Positions 63,054-64,000 of a stretch of 64,000 nt of DNA are shown piece after piece; the first letter of the stretch is position 1; every line of letters starts with the position of its first letter. Below the pieces are notes generated by a model that saw nothing but the letters and a program-made list of their open reading frames with translations, was not told the origin of the DNA and searched no databases. A program made the translations under genes and the position numbers. The DNA is from an uncultured Chloroflexia bacterium (lineage in GTDB: Bacteria > Chloroflexota > Limnocylindria > Limnocylindrales > CSP1-4). The stretch spans positions 96,001 through 160,000 of the forward strand of contig CAVVYR010000006.1 in the NCBI GenBank assembly GCA_963752475.1, written 5' to 3'.

Positions 63054-63902
63054 GTGCCCCTTGCGTTGATCGACATCACCCCGCCCTCCGGTATCGAGCT
63101 CGGGCCTCTGACCCTGGGCTTCTATGGCATCGGCTATGTCCTGGCCGTCGCCGTGATGCTGCTGGTGAGCCAGGTCGAGGCGCGGCGGAAGGGACTCGAC
63201 CCCGGGCTCGTCACCGGTGCCATCGTGGTGGTGGCGGTCTTCGCGCTGGTCGGCGCTCGGCTGTACCACGTCATCGACGAGTGGGAGCGCTATGCCGCCG
63301 ATCCCATCGCGGCCGTGTTGCCGCCATACTCGGGTCTCGGGCTGTACGGCGGGATCTTCGGCGCGGCCATCGGTATCTGGGTCTACGTGCGGGGCAAGGG
63401 CATCCCCATCGGGCGTGCGCTCGACGTGGTCGTGCCCGGCACGCTCTTCGCCCAGGGCATCGCGCGCTGGGGCAACTTCTTCAACCAGGAGCTGTACGGG
63501 CCACCGACCGAGTTGCCCTGGGGCATCACCATCGACTGCTTCCACCGCGTTGCCCAGTACCCCTGCGAGCTGTACCCCGAGGCCACGACCGGGTTCCACC
63601 CGCTGTTCTTCTACGAGTCGGCGCTGACCATCGCCGGTGGCTTCATCGCGCTCTTCGTCGCGCGCCGTTTCACCGACCGCCTGCTCGATGGCGACCTGGC
63701 TTCGTTCTGGATGGTCTGGTATGGCGGCGTGCGTCTGCTGCTGGAGGTCTTCCGCGACGGCTGGAACTGGACGGTGCTGGGTATCCCGGTGGCGATGCTC
63801 ATCGGCCTGGTGCTGGTGATCGCCGGACTGGCCACCGCCTGGTGGCGCCACTCGCGCGCGCCTGCCGCGTCCCTTCCGCCGACACGACACCAGGGCCCAT
63901 AG
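63054..63902 (+). CDS. lgt: Prolipoprotein diacylglyceryl transferase
   Basis: GARLYHV, GLYGGIFG, IARWGNFFNQELYG, HPLFFYES. Confidence 0.93.
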   Translation: MPLALIDITPPSGIELGPLTLGFYGIGYVLAVAVMLLVSQVEARRKGLDPGLVTGAIVVVAVFALVGARLYHVIDEWERYAADPIAAVLPPYSGLGLYGGIFGAAIGIWVYVRGKGIPIGRALDVVVPGTLFAQGIARWGNFFNQELYGPPTELPWGITIDCFHRVAQYPCELYPEATTGFHPLFFYESALTIAGGFIALFVARRFTDRLLDGDLASFWMVWYGGVRLLLEVFRDGWNWTVLGIPVAMLIGLVLVIAGLATAWWRHSRAPAASLPPTRHQGP

Positions 63903-63964
63903 CCGCCCGTCAGCCTCGCTGGCGTTGGCGACCGGACCCCGACCGCAGCACCCGCCCGTAGTCG

Positions 63965-63995
63965 GTTGTCGTGTCGCCCCCATCGACGCCATCGG
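63965..63995 (-). repeat. Probable further copy of the intergenic repeat (6-nt spacer)
   Basis: GTCG CCCCAT CGAC GCCATCGG resembles GTCG CCCGGGT CGAC GCTATCGG. Confidence 0.5.
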
Positions 63996-64000
63996 TCCGG

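Overview
High-GC bacterial chromosomal window. Frequent leaderless-type promoters and protein style suggest Chloroflexota or a related terrabacterium, but this is inference only. 1-9.7 kb: PLP decarboxylase, secreted Ca-binding protein, IS110 remnant, DUF2461, Pro-rich OatA/OafA-type acyltransferase, CAP protein and macro-domain protein. About 9.7-45.4 kb: a large mosaic surface-polysaccharide locus with an O-antigen ligase-like protein, priming glycosyltransferase, gmd/fcl, wzx, GT2/GT4/GT-C enzymes, methyltransferases, a pyruvyl transferase/FrhB-like/nitroreductase set, and a YIDPGSGS peptide + NoeA-like kinase-methyltransferase flanked by two AlkP-superfamily membrane proteins. The locus is broken by IS1182, IS3, IS256 and IS630 elements and an IS21-type end, and has many frameshifts, probably largely long-read indels. 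45.5-64 kb: AAA/DUF4143 ATPase, SRAP, Gfo/Idh/MocA, TadE-TadE-TadG, sufB-sufD, DUF4203-Rieske-DUF4203, ornithine cyclodeaminase-like, VIT1, cupin and lgt. A dispersed intergenic repeat (core GTCG-N7-CGAC, about 15 copies, apparently helically phased) recurs at five sites. No rRNA, tRNA or CRISPR array was recognised. All calls come from reading motifs by eye; no searches were run.
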